From Candidatus Heimdallarchaeota archaeon (GTDB lineage Archaea; Asgardarchaeota; Heimdallarchaeia; Heimdallarchaeales; Heimdallarchaeaceae), in NCBI GenBank assembly GCA_016840095.1, contig JAEOSZ010000108.1, positions 1 to 21,595 on the forward strand: 21,595 nt of DNA, written 5' to 3'. Numbering within the stretch: position 1 is the first letter of the stretch; the number at the start of each line of letters is the position of its first letter. Made by a program: the position numbers and the translations under genes. Shown piece by piece: positions 8,303-16,750 of this stretch. The notes beneath the pieces are model-generated. The model worked only from the letters and a program-made list of their open reading frames with translations. It had not been told where the DNA came from and made no database searches.

Positions 8303-9532
8303 ATGAAATTATTGTTTATTGTTATGGATGGTCTTGGTGATCGTCCAATTCCAGAGCTTGGAGGTCAAACTCCACTTGAATATGCAAAGACTCCAAATAT
8401 GGATAAGCTTGCTTCACTTGGAATGAATGGACTATTACATGTAATAGCACCAGGAGTGACTCCAGGAAGTGACACAGCTCATTTAGCACTCTTTGGAGTG
8501 GATCCATATGAATATTATACTGGTAGAGGTCCATTTGAAGCTGCAGGAATTGGTTTAGTTGTAAAAGAAGGTGATATAGCCTTCAGAACTAATTTTGCAA
8601 CAATAAACACAGAAGGATTAATAGAAGATAGAAGAGCAGGTCGGATTAAAGAAGGAACAGATCAACTAGCTAAGCTTTTTGAGGGAATGACAATAGATGG
8701 TATTGAAATTCTACTAGAGGCAGGTACTGAACACAGAGCTGCTCTAATCTTGAGAGGACCAGGTTTATCTGACCAAATTTCTGAAAATGATCCACATGTT
8801 GAAGGTAAAGAACCACTTGATTTCAAACCCCTTGATGATACACCAGAAGCAGAAAAAACTGCACGTGTACTAACAACATTTGTCATGAAAGCAAGAACGA
8901 TGCTTGGAAATGCTGAATTAAATAAGAAGAGAGAAGAAGAAGGATTATTTCCAGCTAATTATTTGTTGATTCGTGGAGCAGGTAAAGTTCCCAAATTACC
9001 TAATTTTGAGGAAGAATATTGTTTAGAAACTGCATGTGTGGCAGGTGGAGGACTCTACAAAGGCGTTGGGAGGATGCTAGGCATGCACATAATTGAAGAT
9101 CCTAGAATGTCAGGAGGAACAACAACCGATTTAGTTGCTAAATTTGATATTGCTCAAGATGCTCTAAAAAACTATGATTTTGTTTTCACACATGTTAAGG
9201 GAACTGATAATTATTCTCATGATGGTAAGTTTAAAGAAAAAGTTGAATTCATAGAAAGAGTAGATAAGGAAGTAAGCAGATTCTTACCTGAAAATTACGA
9301 AGGAGATTTAGTAGTAATGATTACTGGGGATCATAGTAGTCCTTGTAGTTTTAAGGATCATTCTGCTGACCCGGTACCTGTATTAATTTACTCACCAGAT
9401 TGTAGAAGAGATAAAGTAGAAAAATTTGGAGAGCGTTATGCTGTAGAAGGTTGTTTAGGTCATATTATAGGTAAATATCTAATGGGTATAGCATTAAATG
9501 AGATGAGATTGGTGCACAAATTTGGGGCATGA
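8303..9532 (+). CDS. apgM: 2,3-bisphosphoglycerate-independent phosphoglycerate mutase (archaeal type)
   Basis: MDGLGDRP...[19 protein letters not shown] (catalytic Ser), [35 protein letters not shown] and HSADPVP are present. ATG at 8303 fits homolog N-termini better than the ORF-track TTG at 8279. Confidence 0.96.
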   Translation: MKLLFIVMDGLGDRPIPELGGQTPLEYAKTPNMDKLASLGMNGLLHVIAPGVTPGSDTAHLALFGVDPYEYYTGRGPFEAAGIGLVVKEGDIAFRTNFATINTEGLIEDRRAGRIKEGTDQLAKLFEGMTIDGIEILLEAGTEHRAALILRGPGLSDQISENDPHVEGKEPLDFKPLDDTPEAEKTARVLTTFVMKARTMLGNAELNKKREEEGLFPANYLLIRGAGKVPKLPNFEEEYCLETACVAGGGLYKGVGRMLGMHIIEDPRMSGGTTTDLVAKFDIAQDALKNYDFVFTHVKGTDNYSHDGKFKEKVEFIERVDKEVSRFLPENYEGDLVVMITGDHSSPCSFKDHSADPVPVLIYSPDCRRDKVEKFGERYAVEGCLGHIIGKYLMGIALNEMRLVHKFGA

Positions 9533-10526
9533 AACAGGAACACAAAAAACATTGTATCGGCGGTCTTTACCATATTTACAGCTGTTTATTGCGATAATTT
9601 CTGTTTCTTTTTCCGCAATTATTGTAGTTTATCTAATTGATTTAGGTGTTCCACCAGCAGTTACTGCTATGTATAGAACTTTTTTTGCAGGTATTGGAGC
9701 TTTAATCCTTTCACTCTATAAGAAAAAGATAAAGTGGATTACAGAAAAAAACACAGTTAAAAGATATCATTGGATATTTTTTTCAGGTCTCTTGTTAGCA
9801 GTTCATTTTGCTACATGGTTTATTTCTCTTGAATATGTCAATGTAGCAATTTCTACAACACTTGTAGATGCTGTTCCCATATTTCTAGCTATTTTTGGTT
9901 TCATCTTCTTCAAAGAAAAGATTAACCTAGTTGGGATTTTAGGCATTGGAATAGCATTTGCTGGTGGAGTTTTACTTGCATTTGCTTCTCCTGGAGGTGA
10001 TAATGTTAATCTGCTACTAGGTATAATGTTTTCATTAATCGGCGCATTAACTGTAACATTCTATTTTCTTATTGGCAAGAAAATTCTTCAAGATTCTCCT
10101 CTGTGGCCATATTTTGCTTTAGTAAATCTAGCATCAGCTTTGTCTTTATTAATTTACAATCTAATCATTAGTAGAACATCTGCTGAAGAGTATGAAGTTT
10201 TCAGATTTTCAGCATTAGTGTATTTGCTATTTATTGTATCTGCATTAGGACCATCATTAATTGGTCATGCAACATATAACTATACGTTGAGAAAGTTACC
10301 TGCTTTCGTTGTAGGTGTAGCTATTTTAGGAGAACCCATTGGCGCAACAATTCTTGGAGTTTTAATTTTCCCTTTAACACAAACTCCTGAAGTTATAACA
10401 ATCTTATTTGCACTAGTTATCTTAGCTGGAATTGTTTTAACGTCCGTATCTCAATATATACAAATAAAATCATTAAGAAGAAAGAAAGATGAAAAAGAAA
10501 AATCAGATTCTATTCTCTCTGAGTAA
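9522..10526 (+). CDS. DMT superfamily / EamA family transporter
   Basis: About 10 hydrophobic segments in two EamA repeats, with AMYRT, GLLLAVHFATWFISL, FFKEK, GHATYNYTLRKL and LGEPIGATILG. Overlaps the apgM stop. Confidence 0.92.
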   Translation: MGHETGTQKTLYRRSLPYLQLFIAIISVSFSAIIVVYLIDLGVPPAVTAMYRTFFAGIGALILSLYKKKIKWITEKNTVKRYHWIFFSGLLLAVHFATWFISLEYVNVAISTTLVDAVPIFLAIFGFIFFKEKINLVGILGIGIAFAGGVLLAFASPGGDNVNLLLGIMFSLIGALTVTFYFLIGKKILQDSPLWPYFALVNLASALSLLIYNLIISRTSAEEYEVFRFSALVYLLFIVSALGPSLIGHATYNYTLRKLPAFVVGVAILGEPIGATILGVLIFPLTQTPEVITILFALVILAGIVLTSVSQYIQIKSLRRKKDEKEKSDSILSE

Positions 10527-11708
10527 TTCTTCCAACCTATCCATTGCAATTTTTATTTCTTCAAGAGTTGGCAAGTAAACCATTCTGAATCCATCATTTC
10601 CATATGGGCCAAAACCAGAACCAAAAACTGTCAAGATATGTTTTTGTTTCAGATAATCAAAAACAAACTCTTTATCATTTTTCCATTTGAATTGATCCAT
10701 AGAAATCATTGAGAAAATGTAAAATGCAGCTTTTGGTTTGTTTACTGTAATTCCATCCATCTCTGATAATCTCTTGTAAATTAAATCTCTTCTTTCTTTT
10801 AGAGTTTTTATTGTTTCAGGAAGATATGACCTTTGATCTTGCTTCAGTGCTTCAGTACCTGCTTTTTGTAAAGGAGTAGAAGCACATAGTCTTAGTCTTG
10901 TTAGTTTGTTTAAGCCATCCCATGGTTCTTCTATTTTACCGAGTGGATCGTGAATATAAGCATAGCCTAATCGCCATCCGGGGGCTAGAAAGACTTTGCT
11001 AAATCCATTATAAGCAATAACTGGGACATCTTTAGCTACTTCAGCTGTAGCAGTGTGTTTGAGTCCTTCATCCAAAACAAGGAGATCATAAGTTTCATCT
11101 GAAACAATACAAGCATCATATTCACCTACAATGTCTACTATCTCCTTCAAAATCTTCTCAGGGTATACTGATCCTGTTGGATTATTTGGCGTATTAAGAA
11201 AGACTAGTTTTGTTCTATCGTTCATTAATGAACGAATATGGTCTGGATCTGGATAAAAATCGTCCTCAACTACTGTTTTGTAATATTGCATATCATTTCC
11301 AAAAATTGTGCCATTTCCTGAATAACTTGGATAATGAATACCCGGAATTAGGATTCTATCTCCTGGATTTGTAAATGACATTAATGTCATTTGAATTCCC
11401 TCTGAAACACCAGCTGTTGCAACCACTTTGTTTGCAGTAACTCCGATTGTATATTTTCTGTTTTCATAATCTGCAATAGCTTCTCTGAATTCTAGAATTC
11501 CTTGAGAATCTGCATAATAATTGTAGTTCTCATCTTCTGCATATCGAAGCGCTTCTGTTAGTATTTTAGGAGTTTTAAACCCATATTTTATTGGGTCTCC
11601 AATATTTAGCTTAATTACCTTGTGGCCTTTAGCTTCAACCTCATTTGCTGCAGCAATAACATCCCTAATTGCATAACTAAATCCTGCTGTTCTATCAGAA
11701 ATTTTCAT
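10503..11708 (-). CDS. PLP-dependent aminotransferase class I/II (AlaA-like alanine aminotransferase)
   Basis: YAIRDV...KLNIGDP N-terminus, NTPNNPTGSVY, SDETYD and GFSKVFLAPGWRLGY (PLP lysine). The 3' end overlaps the EamA gene convergently by 24 nt. Confidence 0.93.
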   Translation of the reverse strand: MKISDRTAGFSYAIRDVIAAANEVEAKGHKVIKLNIGDPIKYGFKTPKILTEALRYAEDENYNYYADSQGILEFREAIADYENRKYTIGVTANKVVATAGVSEGIQMTLMSFTNPGDRILIPGIHYPSYSGNGTIFGNDMQYYKTVVEDDFYPDPDHIRSLMNDRTKLVFLNTPNNPTGSVYPEKILKEIVDIVGEYDACIVSDETYDLLVLDEGLKHTATAEVAKDVPVIAYNGFSKVFLAPGWRLGYAYIHDPLGKIEEPWDGLNKLTRLRLCASTPLQKAGTEALKQDQRSYLPETIKTLKERRDLIYKRLSEMDGITVNKPKAAFYIFSMISMDQFKWKNDKEFVFDYLKQKHILTVFGSGFGPYGNDGFRMVYLPTLEEIKIAMDRLEELLRENRI

Positions 11709-11880
11709 TTTGGATTTCCTCTATGGTTTTTCAGAAACTTATCAAAAAATAAAATTATTGGTTTGAACTTGTGATTGAGATTATTTCAATTTACTTCATT
11801 CTTTTTAATATACTATTTTCCAGATATTACATCTATAAATAAACAAAATTGTCAATTTTTACTAAAACTGGGTGTAATGT

Positions 11881-13281
11881 TTGCCGGCAATATCTAGTTG
11901 TAGCTTTTGTAGTGGTCCCGCACAATACTATTGTAAATCTTGTAAAAGGAAACTTTGTACTGAACATATTCACATGTCAAATACAGTTTATTCTTGTTCA
12001 ACATGTGGAATCGAGAGTCTAGATTCTAAATGTCAGAAATGTGGATCCGCAACAGAATTTTCCAGAAATGAACCTACTAATAGCTGTGAATGGTGTAAAT
12101 CAATTGACGTAGAAGATGGTCTTCTTTATCATCAACAGCTTCCTCATTTGATATTTTCCTCATTTTCTCTAATAAACAAAAAACTTTCTCAAGTATGGAA
12201 TTTAACTCAGAAATATCTTGAAATTGTTAAGAATGTCTATGATATGAGAAAAGCGAAAATTATGCTTTTTGGTGATGTGGAAGATGAAATTACTCTTTTA
12301 AGGGGAAAAATCTCAACATTCATTGATCAGTTGGTCAAGTTCGAAAATGATACTTTTGCAATGATAGATGAGAAGCTTCGTACTATTGGGTATATGAGGT
12401 TCACAAATCTTGATAATATAGAAAGAGGTGAAGAAATTCTTAATTTACTTGAAAATAGATTAGATTTACTTGATACTACAATAGAATCAAAGTTCAATGA
12501 AATCAATGAAGATTTCCAGTTTCTTAACCAAAAAGTTGATTTTCTGAGCTTTCAATTTGGTTTGTTAAGTAAGATCCACCATCTTCTGCCTGAAGATAAG
12601 GATGAACATCTTATTTCTATACTTCCACGCATTTGGTTAAAGAAAAATAACAAGTTACCTAAAAAATTCCTCATTGTACTTACAAACAAGAATCTATACT
12701 TATTACGAGAAAAAGGTTTGTTCAATGTTAAACTTAAAACAAAAGAAACTGTAAGCTTATCTTATATTATAAACAAGAAGTTTATCTCTAGAATATTATC
12801 TCGAGATATGTTTCGATTTAAAACTAGATTGGATACATACTCATTTCTTGGAAGAAAAGAAAATCTTGAACAATTTGTGATTTATTTTGAAATACTTGAA
12901 AATTATATTGATTACTCTATTCACAAATCATCTATAATTGAGGATCTTAAGTATTATTCTCTAACAATCAATGAATTGAAAACAAATATACAAAGAAACG
13001 TGAGTCATCTACGAGCTTACTTACTAAATAAGCGAGAATTGAAGAGGGAACTTTATTGGAGAGAAGGGCAAGATGCCAGATTCAAGAAGTTGTTTGAGCA
13101 ATTATTAGCAGTAGAAAGGAAGATTCACAGATTGAATGAAACACGAAGACATGGAGCTCGAGGAACTAAGGGTATAGATGGTTTACTAAGAAAACTTACT
13201 AGTGAGCATCATAGACTCAAACGACAATTGGATGATATTCAAAGAAAAAGTGCAGAATTTGATGATTTGTGGGAGTTTTAA
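11881..13281 (+). CDS. Hypothetical multi-zinc-finger / coiled-coil / PH-like domain protein
   Basis: Five CxxC and one CxxH in residues 7-72. Long helical region ~85-235, beta-rich basic segment with IVLTNKNLYLL (bPH/GRAM-like) at ~243-340, and a C-terminal coiled coil. TTG start preceded by GGGTG. Confidence 0.75.
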   Translation: MPAISSCSFCSGPAQYYCKSCKRKLCTEHIHMSNTVYSCSTCGIESLDSKCQKCGSATEFSRNEPTNSCEWCKSIDVEDGLLYHQQLPHLIFSSFSLINKKLSQVWNLTQKYLEIVKNVYDMRKAKIMLFGDVEDEITLLRGKISTFIDQLVKFENDTFAMIDEKLRTIGYMRFTNLDNIERGEEILNLLENRLDLLDTTIESKFNEINEDFQFLNQKVDFLSFQFGLLSKIHHLLPEDKDEHLISILPRIWLKKNNKLPKKFLIVLTNKNLYLLREKGLFNVKLKTKETVSLSYIINKKFISRILSRDMFRFKTRLDTYSFLGRKENLEQFVIYFEILENYIDYSIHKSSIIEDLKYYSLTINELKTNIQRNVSHLRAYLLNKRELKRELYWREGQDARFKKLFEQLLAVERKIHRLNETRRHGARGTKGIDGLLRKLTSEHHRLKRQLDDIQRKSAEFDDLWEF

Positions 13282-13299
13282 AAGTTAATTTCTCTCCCA

Positions 13300-13671
13300 T
13301 TAGTTTTTCCAGACTTTAAGGAATTCAGGCATTATTTCAAATTTTACTATTGGAATGCTTAACCATTTGGGATCTGTAGCATCATCAGAGAAATCAATTG
13401 TTTCATTTGTTGATGTTTTGTATCTAATAAATGATTTAGTTGGCATTTCTTTCTCATCTGTCCAAACTATTATTGGAAGAGCATTAAGTTCATAATAACC
13501 TAAACTAGTATTGAAAATGAAATAAATAGTTCTGTCTTCTTCGGTAAAATTGCCAATATATCCTGCGATTCGGTCTGGTCCAACACTTGATATAACTAAT
13601 CGCACTAAATCTTTAAGTGATGCAAGTTTTATTCCAGCTGGAGATTTCAATTGTTTTTTTTCTTCTGTCAT
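13300..13671 (-). CDS. Conserved hypothetical archaeal protein (resembles so-called cren protein family)
   Basis: IKLASLKDLVRL, GYYELNALPII, FIRYK...IDFS and WLSIPIVK resemble, from memory, a small uncharacterised TACK-archaeal family. ATG at 13671 is preceded by SD-like AGTGA; the ORF-track GTG at 13680 is probably the SD. Confidence 0.6.
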   Translation of the reverse strand: MTEEKKQLKSPAGIKLASLKDLVRLVISSVGPDRIAGYIGNFTEEDRTIYFIFNTSLGYYELNALPIIVWTDEKEMPTKSFIRYKTSTNETIDFSDDATDPKWLSIPIVKFEIMPEFLKVWKN

Positions 13672-13707
13672 GTTAATCACTAAAAAAAAGAAAGTTAGGT
13701 ATTGTTC

Positions 13708-14010
13708 TTAAAATACCATTAGAATAGCAACTAGCAATCCATAGATAGCTACAGCTTCAATAAGTACTATGAAGAGAAAGGCTTTTCCAAAAACCTCTGG
13801 TTTTTCTGTAATTGCTCCTATAGCTGCACTACCTGCCATACCCATGCCTATAGCTGCTCCTATACCAGCTATACCAACAGCTAATCCTGCACCAATTGGG
13901 CCTAAGTCTCCTGGTTCCGCAGCAAAGACTGAATTAGCAGCTAACATCACTAAACTAGTCAAGAGCCCTAGTAGGGTCCATCTTCTTGTTGATTTATTCT
14001 TAGAACGCAT
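13708..14010 (-). CDS. atpK: A/V-type ATPase proteolipid subunit K/c (single hairpin with N-terminal leader)
   Basis: GAGLAVGIAGIGAAIGMG Gly-rich helix, EKPE loop and LIEAVAIYGLL with the ion-binding Glu. N-terminal signal-like leader ends VFA|AE. SD GGTG. Confidence 0.95.
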   Translation of the reverse strand: MRSKNKSTRRWTLLGLLTSLVMLAANSVFAAEPGDLGPIGAGLAVGIAGIGAAIGMGMAGSAAIGAITEKPEVFGKAFLFIVLIEAVAIYGLLVAILMVF

Positions 14011-14048
14011 CTAATTACACCTATTTTCATGGTCAGTTATAGTAAGTT

Positions 14049-14064
14049 AATTTAAAAATTTCGG
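14049..14064 (-). promoter_or_regulatory. BRE/TATA promoter for atpK
   Basis: Minus strand reads CCGAAAT-TTTTAAATT about 40 nt upstream of the ATG at 14010. Confidence 0.6.
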
Positions 14065-14127
14065 AAAGACAGCAATTTAAGAATCTGGATATTAGAATCA
14101 ATTCTGAAACAATACATATAATAACTA

Positions 14128-14141
14128 CGAAAGCTTAAATA
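14128..14141 (+). promoter_or_regulatory. BRE/TATA promoter for the ESCRT-III genes
   Basis: CGAAAG-CTTAAATA, a near-canonical archaeal BRE+TATA about 32 nt upstream of the ATG at 14173. Confidence 0.65.
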
Positions 14142-14172
14142 GGTATAGACAAAATTTAAAGCAGTGATTTAG

Positions 14173-14787
14173 ATGTTTCGAGACTTTATGGGATGGCTAT
14201 TAGGTACAAAGAAGAGCCCTCGTGACCACATTATTAATCTTCGACTAACAGTAAGAAGATTAGAAAGAGCACAAAGAAAACTTGCTCGTGATGAGTCAAA
14301 AATGCAACTGAAAATGAAGCAAAGTATTCAACGAGGAGATTTGGAATCTGCAAGGTTATTCGCAACAGATATAGTTCGTAGTAGACGATGGGAATTTGGA
14401 TATCAAAAACTAGTTTCCCGAATGAATGGTCTAATTTTCAAACTCGAACGAGCAGATACTGCAGCCAGTATGGCAGAAGAAATGCATGGTATAGCCAATG
14501 CGTTAAGAGCAGCAAATGCTCAACTTCAAATTCCGGATCTAGATAGAGTGATTCAAGACATGGAAAGCTCAATTGATGGTATAGAAGAATCAACAGGAAC
14601 CATCGAGGATGGTATTGATGATTTGCTAATTGCTGATTCTGATCCAGCTGAAGTCGATAGATTGATTGAACAAACAGCTGCTGAATTAGGTGTTTCTACT
14701 CAAGCTGGCTTACCAACAGTTGGTGTTGTGCAGACTGATGACTTAGAGGAAGAAATCCAAAAATTAAGAAGACGAGAAGAGGATTAA
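14173..14787 (+). CDS. ESCRT-III subunit, Vps2/24/46 (CHMP1-3) class
   Basis: Snf7-family helical hairpin LRLTVRRLERAQRKL...GDLESARLFATDIVRSR. N-terminal amphipathic MFRDFMGWLLG, EVDRLIEQTAAE, and C-terminal MIM1-like DDLEEEIQKLRR. Confidence 0.93.
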   Translation: MFRDFMGWLLGTKKSPRDHIINLRLTVRRLERAQRKLARDESKMQLKMKQSIQRGDLESARLFATDIVRSRRWEFGYQKLVSRMNGLIFKLERADTAASMAEEMHGIANALRAANAQLQIPDLDRVIQDMESSIDGIEESTGTIEDGIDDLLIADSDPAEVDRLIEQTAAELGVSTQAGLPTVGVVQTDDLEEEIQKLRRREED

Positions 14788-14800
14788 AAGGTGATTATAA

Positions 14801-15454
14801 ATGGTTAAGAATTGGCTTTTTGGAAAGAAGAGAAAAGAAGATGCAGATGCATTAGCTACTCTCAAAGGGCAACAAAACAGATTACAAGCTGAAGCTAGAA
14901 ATCTTGAAAGACAATCAGATGAACAAAAAATCTTAGCCTCAAAAATGCTCAAAGCTGGTAACAAAGCTGGAGCAAGACAAGCTCTTAAACGAAGAGCTGT
15001 TTTCATGAAAAGATTAAATACAGTTCATAACACAGCGATGAATCTTCAAGCTCAAATTGACAGCATACAAACAGCTACTTCAACAGCAGAAACTGTAAAA
15101 GCAATGGAGCTTGGTACAAAAGTTGTTGGGGAGAAAATAAAAACTGTATCTCCAGAAAGGACAGAACGTGTTATGGATTCTGTTATGGAACAGAGAGACC
15201 AAATCGAAATGATGACCGAAGCTCTGTCTGATCCAAGTTTATCTGAAGGTATTCTAGATTTTGAAGATGATGCTGCAATTGATGAGCAATTAGCTCAATT
15301 AGAAGCTGAGATGGATTTAGGTACAACTACAAGTTTACCTGATGTTAGCGGTCTTCCATCAACTCCAGTAGGAACAAGTGAGACTGAAGATACATCAGAG
15401 CTTGAAGCTGAGCTTGAAGGCTTAAAGAAAAAAATGAGTGAAGATAAGCAATAA
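14801..15454 (+). CDS. ESCRT-III subunit, Vps20/32/60 (Snf7/CHMP4-7) class
   Basis: MVKNWLFGKK N-terminus, GNKAGARQALKRR, NLQAQIDSIQTA, DEQLAQLEAE, MIM2-like LPDVSGLPSTP and C-terminal ELEAELEGLKKKM. SD GGTGA. Confidence 0.94.
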   Translation: MVKNWLFGKKRKEDADALATLKGQQNRLQAEARNLERQSDEQKILASKMLKAGNKAGARQALKRRAVFMKRLNTVHNTAMNLQAQIDSIQTATSTAETVKAMELGTKVVGEKIKTVSPERTERVMDSVMEQRDQIEMMTEALSDPSLSEGILDFEDDAAIDEQLAQLEAEMDLGTTTSLPDVSGLPSTPVGTSETEDTSELEAELEGLKKKMSEDKQ

Positions 15455-15488
15455 TTCTTCCTCTTTTGAATTTTTATTTTTTACTTTT
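15455..15488 (+). terminator. Oligo-T terminator after the ESCRT-III pair
   Basis: TTCTTCCTCTTTTGAATTTTTATTTTTTACTTTT directly follows the stop at 15454. Confidence 0.5.
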
Positions 15489-15532
15489 AACAATAAATAT
15501 GAGTTTTTCTTAGATTCTGTATGAAACAAAAT

Positions 15533-15546
15533 GAAACATTTTATAT
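15533..15546 (+). promoter_or_regulatory. Putative BRE/TATA for vps4-vps25
   Basis: GAAACA-TTTTATAT about 30-40 nt upstream of the vps4 start. Confidence 0.5.
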
Positions 15547-15575
15547 TAGATAAATGGAATTAATAGATAGAGGTT

Positions 15576-16733
15576 GTGAATCACGTGTCTGCTCAAGGAT
15601 TAATCGATCACGCAAGAGATTTTGCAGTTAAAGCTTATTCTTATGATAAAGAGAAAAATTACAGCGAAGCTATACCTCATTATTTGGATGCTGCAGAAGC
15701 TTTAATGAAGGCTATAAAATTTGAAAGAAACCCACAGGTTGCTGGTTCTCTTAAGAAGAAAGCAAATATGTACATAAGTAGAGCAAAGGAACTAAAAGAG
15801 CTTTTAGAAAAGAAAAAAGAAAGAAAATCCACAGCAGGTAGTGATGAGGAAGAAGAAAAACTAGAAAGTGCTATATCAGATATAATAGTTACAGAGAAAC
15901 CAAACATTACTCTAAATGATATTGCAGGCTTAGAAACTGCTAAACAGACTTTGAGAGAAGCAATTGTTCTACCTTTAATGAGACCAGATTTGTTTTCAGG
16001 GGCAAGGAGACCCTGGAAAGGTATCTTACTTTTTGGCCCTCCTGGGTGCGGTAAAACTCTATTAGCAAAAGCAACTGCAGCTGAAGTAGCAGCAACTTTT
16101 TTCAATGTAAGTGCATCCTCCATAATTTCAAAATGGCTTGGTGAATCAGAGAAACTGGTTAAACAGCTCTTCGAGTTAGCAGATGAAAGACAACCTAGTA
16201 TTATTTTTGTGGATGAGGTTGATGCACTAGCTGGTGCAAGAGGAGGAGAACACGACGCAATGCGAAGAGTGAAGACAGAACTGCTGACATCAATGGATGG
16301 TTTATCCAGTTCAGAAACAGATCGTATTGTTACTGTAGGTGCAACTAATATACCTGAATCAATTGATGCTGCTTTCCGAAGAAGATTTGAGAGAAGAATT
16401 TATATCCCATTACCAGATTTAGCTGCTCGTGGAGCTATTTTTCTGCTTAACTCTAAAGGTGTAGAATTAGGAGATGATGTTGATTTCGAAGTTTTAGCTG
16501 AAATCACCGATGGGTATTCTGGTTCTGATATTGCAATGGTATGCCGAGAAGCAATCATGACACCAATTAGAGAAATGGATATGGCAGGAGCAATTGATGA
16601 TACTTCAATAACAGCAAGAGCAGTAACACAAGATGATTATCTTGAGGCTATTGAGGCTATCAATCCATCTGTAAGTGATGATGAGATTGAGAAATACGAT
16701 AGATGGAATGAAGAATTTGGCAGCAGTGCATGA
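15576..16733 (+). CDS. vps4: Vps4 AAA ATPase (MIT + AAA + Vps4_C)
   Basis: MIT domain (AVKAYSYDKEKNYSEAIPHY...YISRAKELK), Walker A GPPGCGKT, pore loop SKWLGESEK, Walker B IIFVDE, Arg fingers RRRFERR and C-terminal WNEEFG. The start may be GTG at 15585. Confidence 0.97.
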   Translation: MNHVSAQGLIDHARDFAVKAYSYDKEKNYSEAIPHYLDAAEALMKAIKFERNPQVAGSLKKKANMYISRAKELKELLEKKKERKSTAGSDEEEEKLESAISDIIVTEKPNITLNDIAGLETAKQTLREAIVLPLMRPDLFSGARRPWKGILLFGPPGCGKTLLAKATAAEVAATFFNVSASSIISKWLGESEKLVKQLFELADERQPSIIFVDEVDALAGARGGEHDAMRRVKTELLTSMDGLSSSETDRIVTVGATNIPESIDAAFRRRFERRIYIPLPDLAARGAIFLLNSKGVELGDDVDFEVLAEITDGYSGSDIAMVCREAIMTPIREMDMAGAIDDTSITARAVTQDDYLEAIEAINPSVSDDEIEKYDRWNEEFGSSA

Positions 16734-16750
16734 ATTTAGAGGTTTGACCC

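Noticed and set aside
7833-8886. ORFs 7833..8126, 7906..8115, 8322..8534, 8662..8886
   Set aside because: Antisense shadows of the Roadblock and apgM genes.
8303-11708. apgM, EamA and aminotransferase as part of the ESCRT/V0 system
   Set aside because: Ordinary metabolic genes with no sequence evidence of a link. Their presence also weakens the case that the whole window is one functional unit.
11881-12100. Canonical FYVE or canonical RING domain
   Set aside because: Lacks WxxD and R(R/K)HHCR, and the ligand spacing is not C3HC4/C3H2C3. Kept only as a related zinc-binding module.
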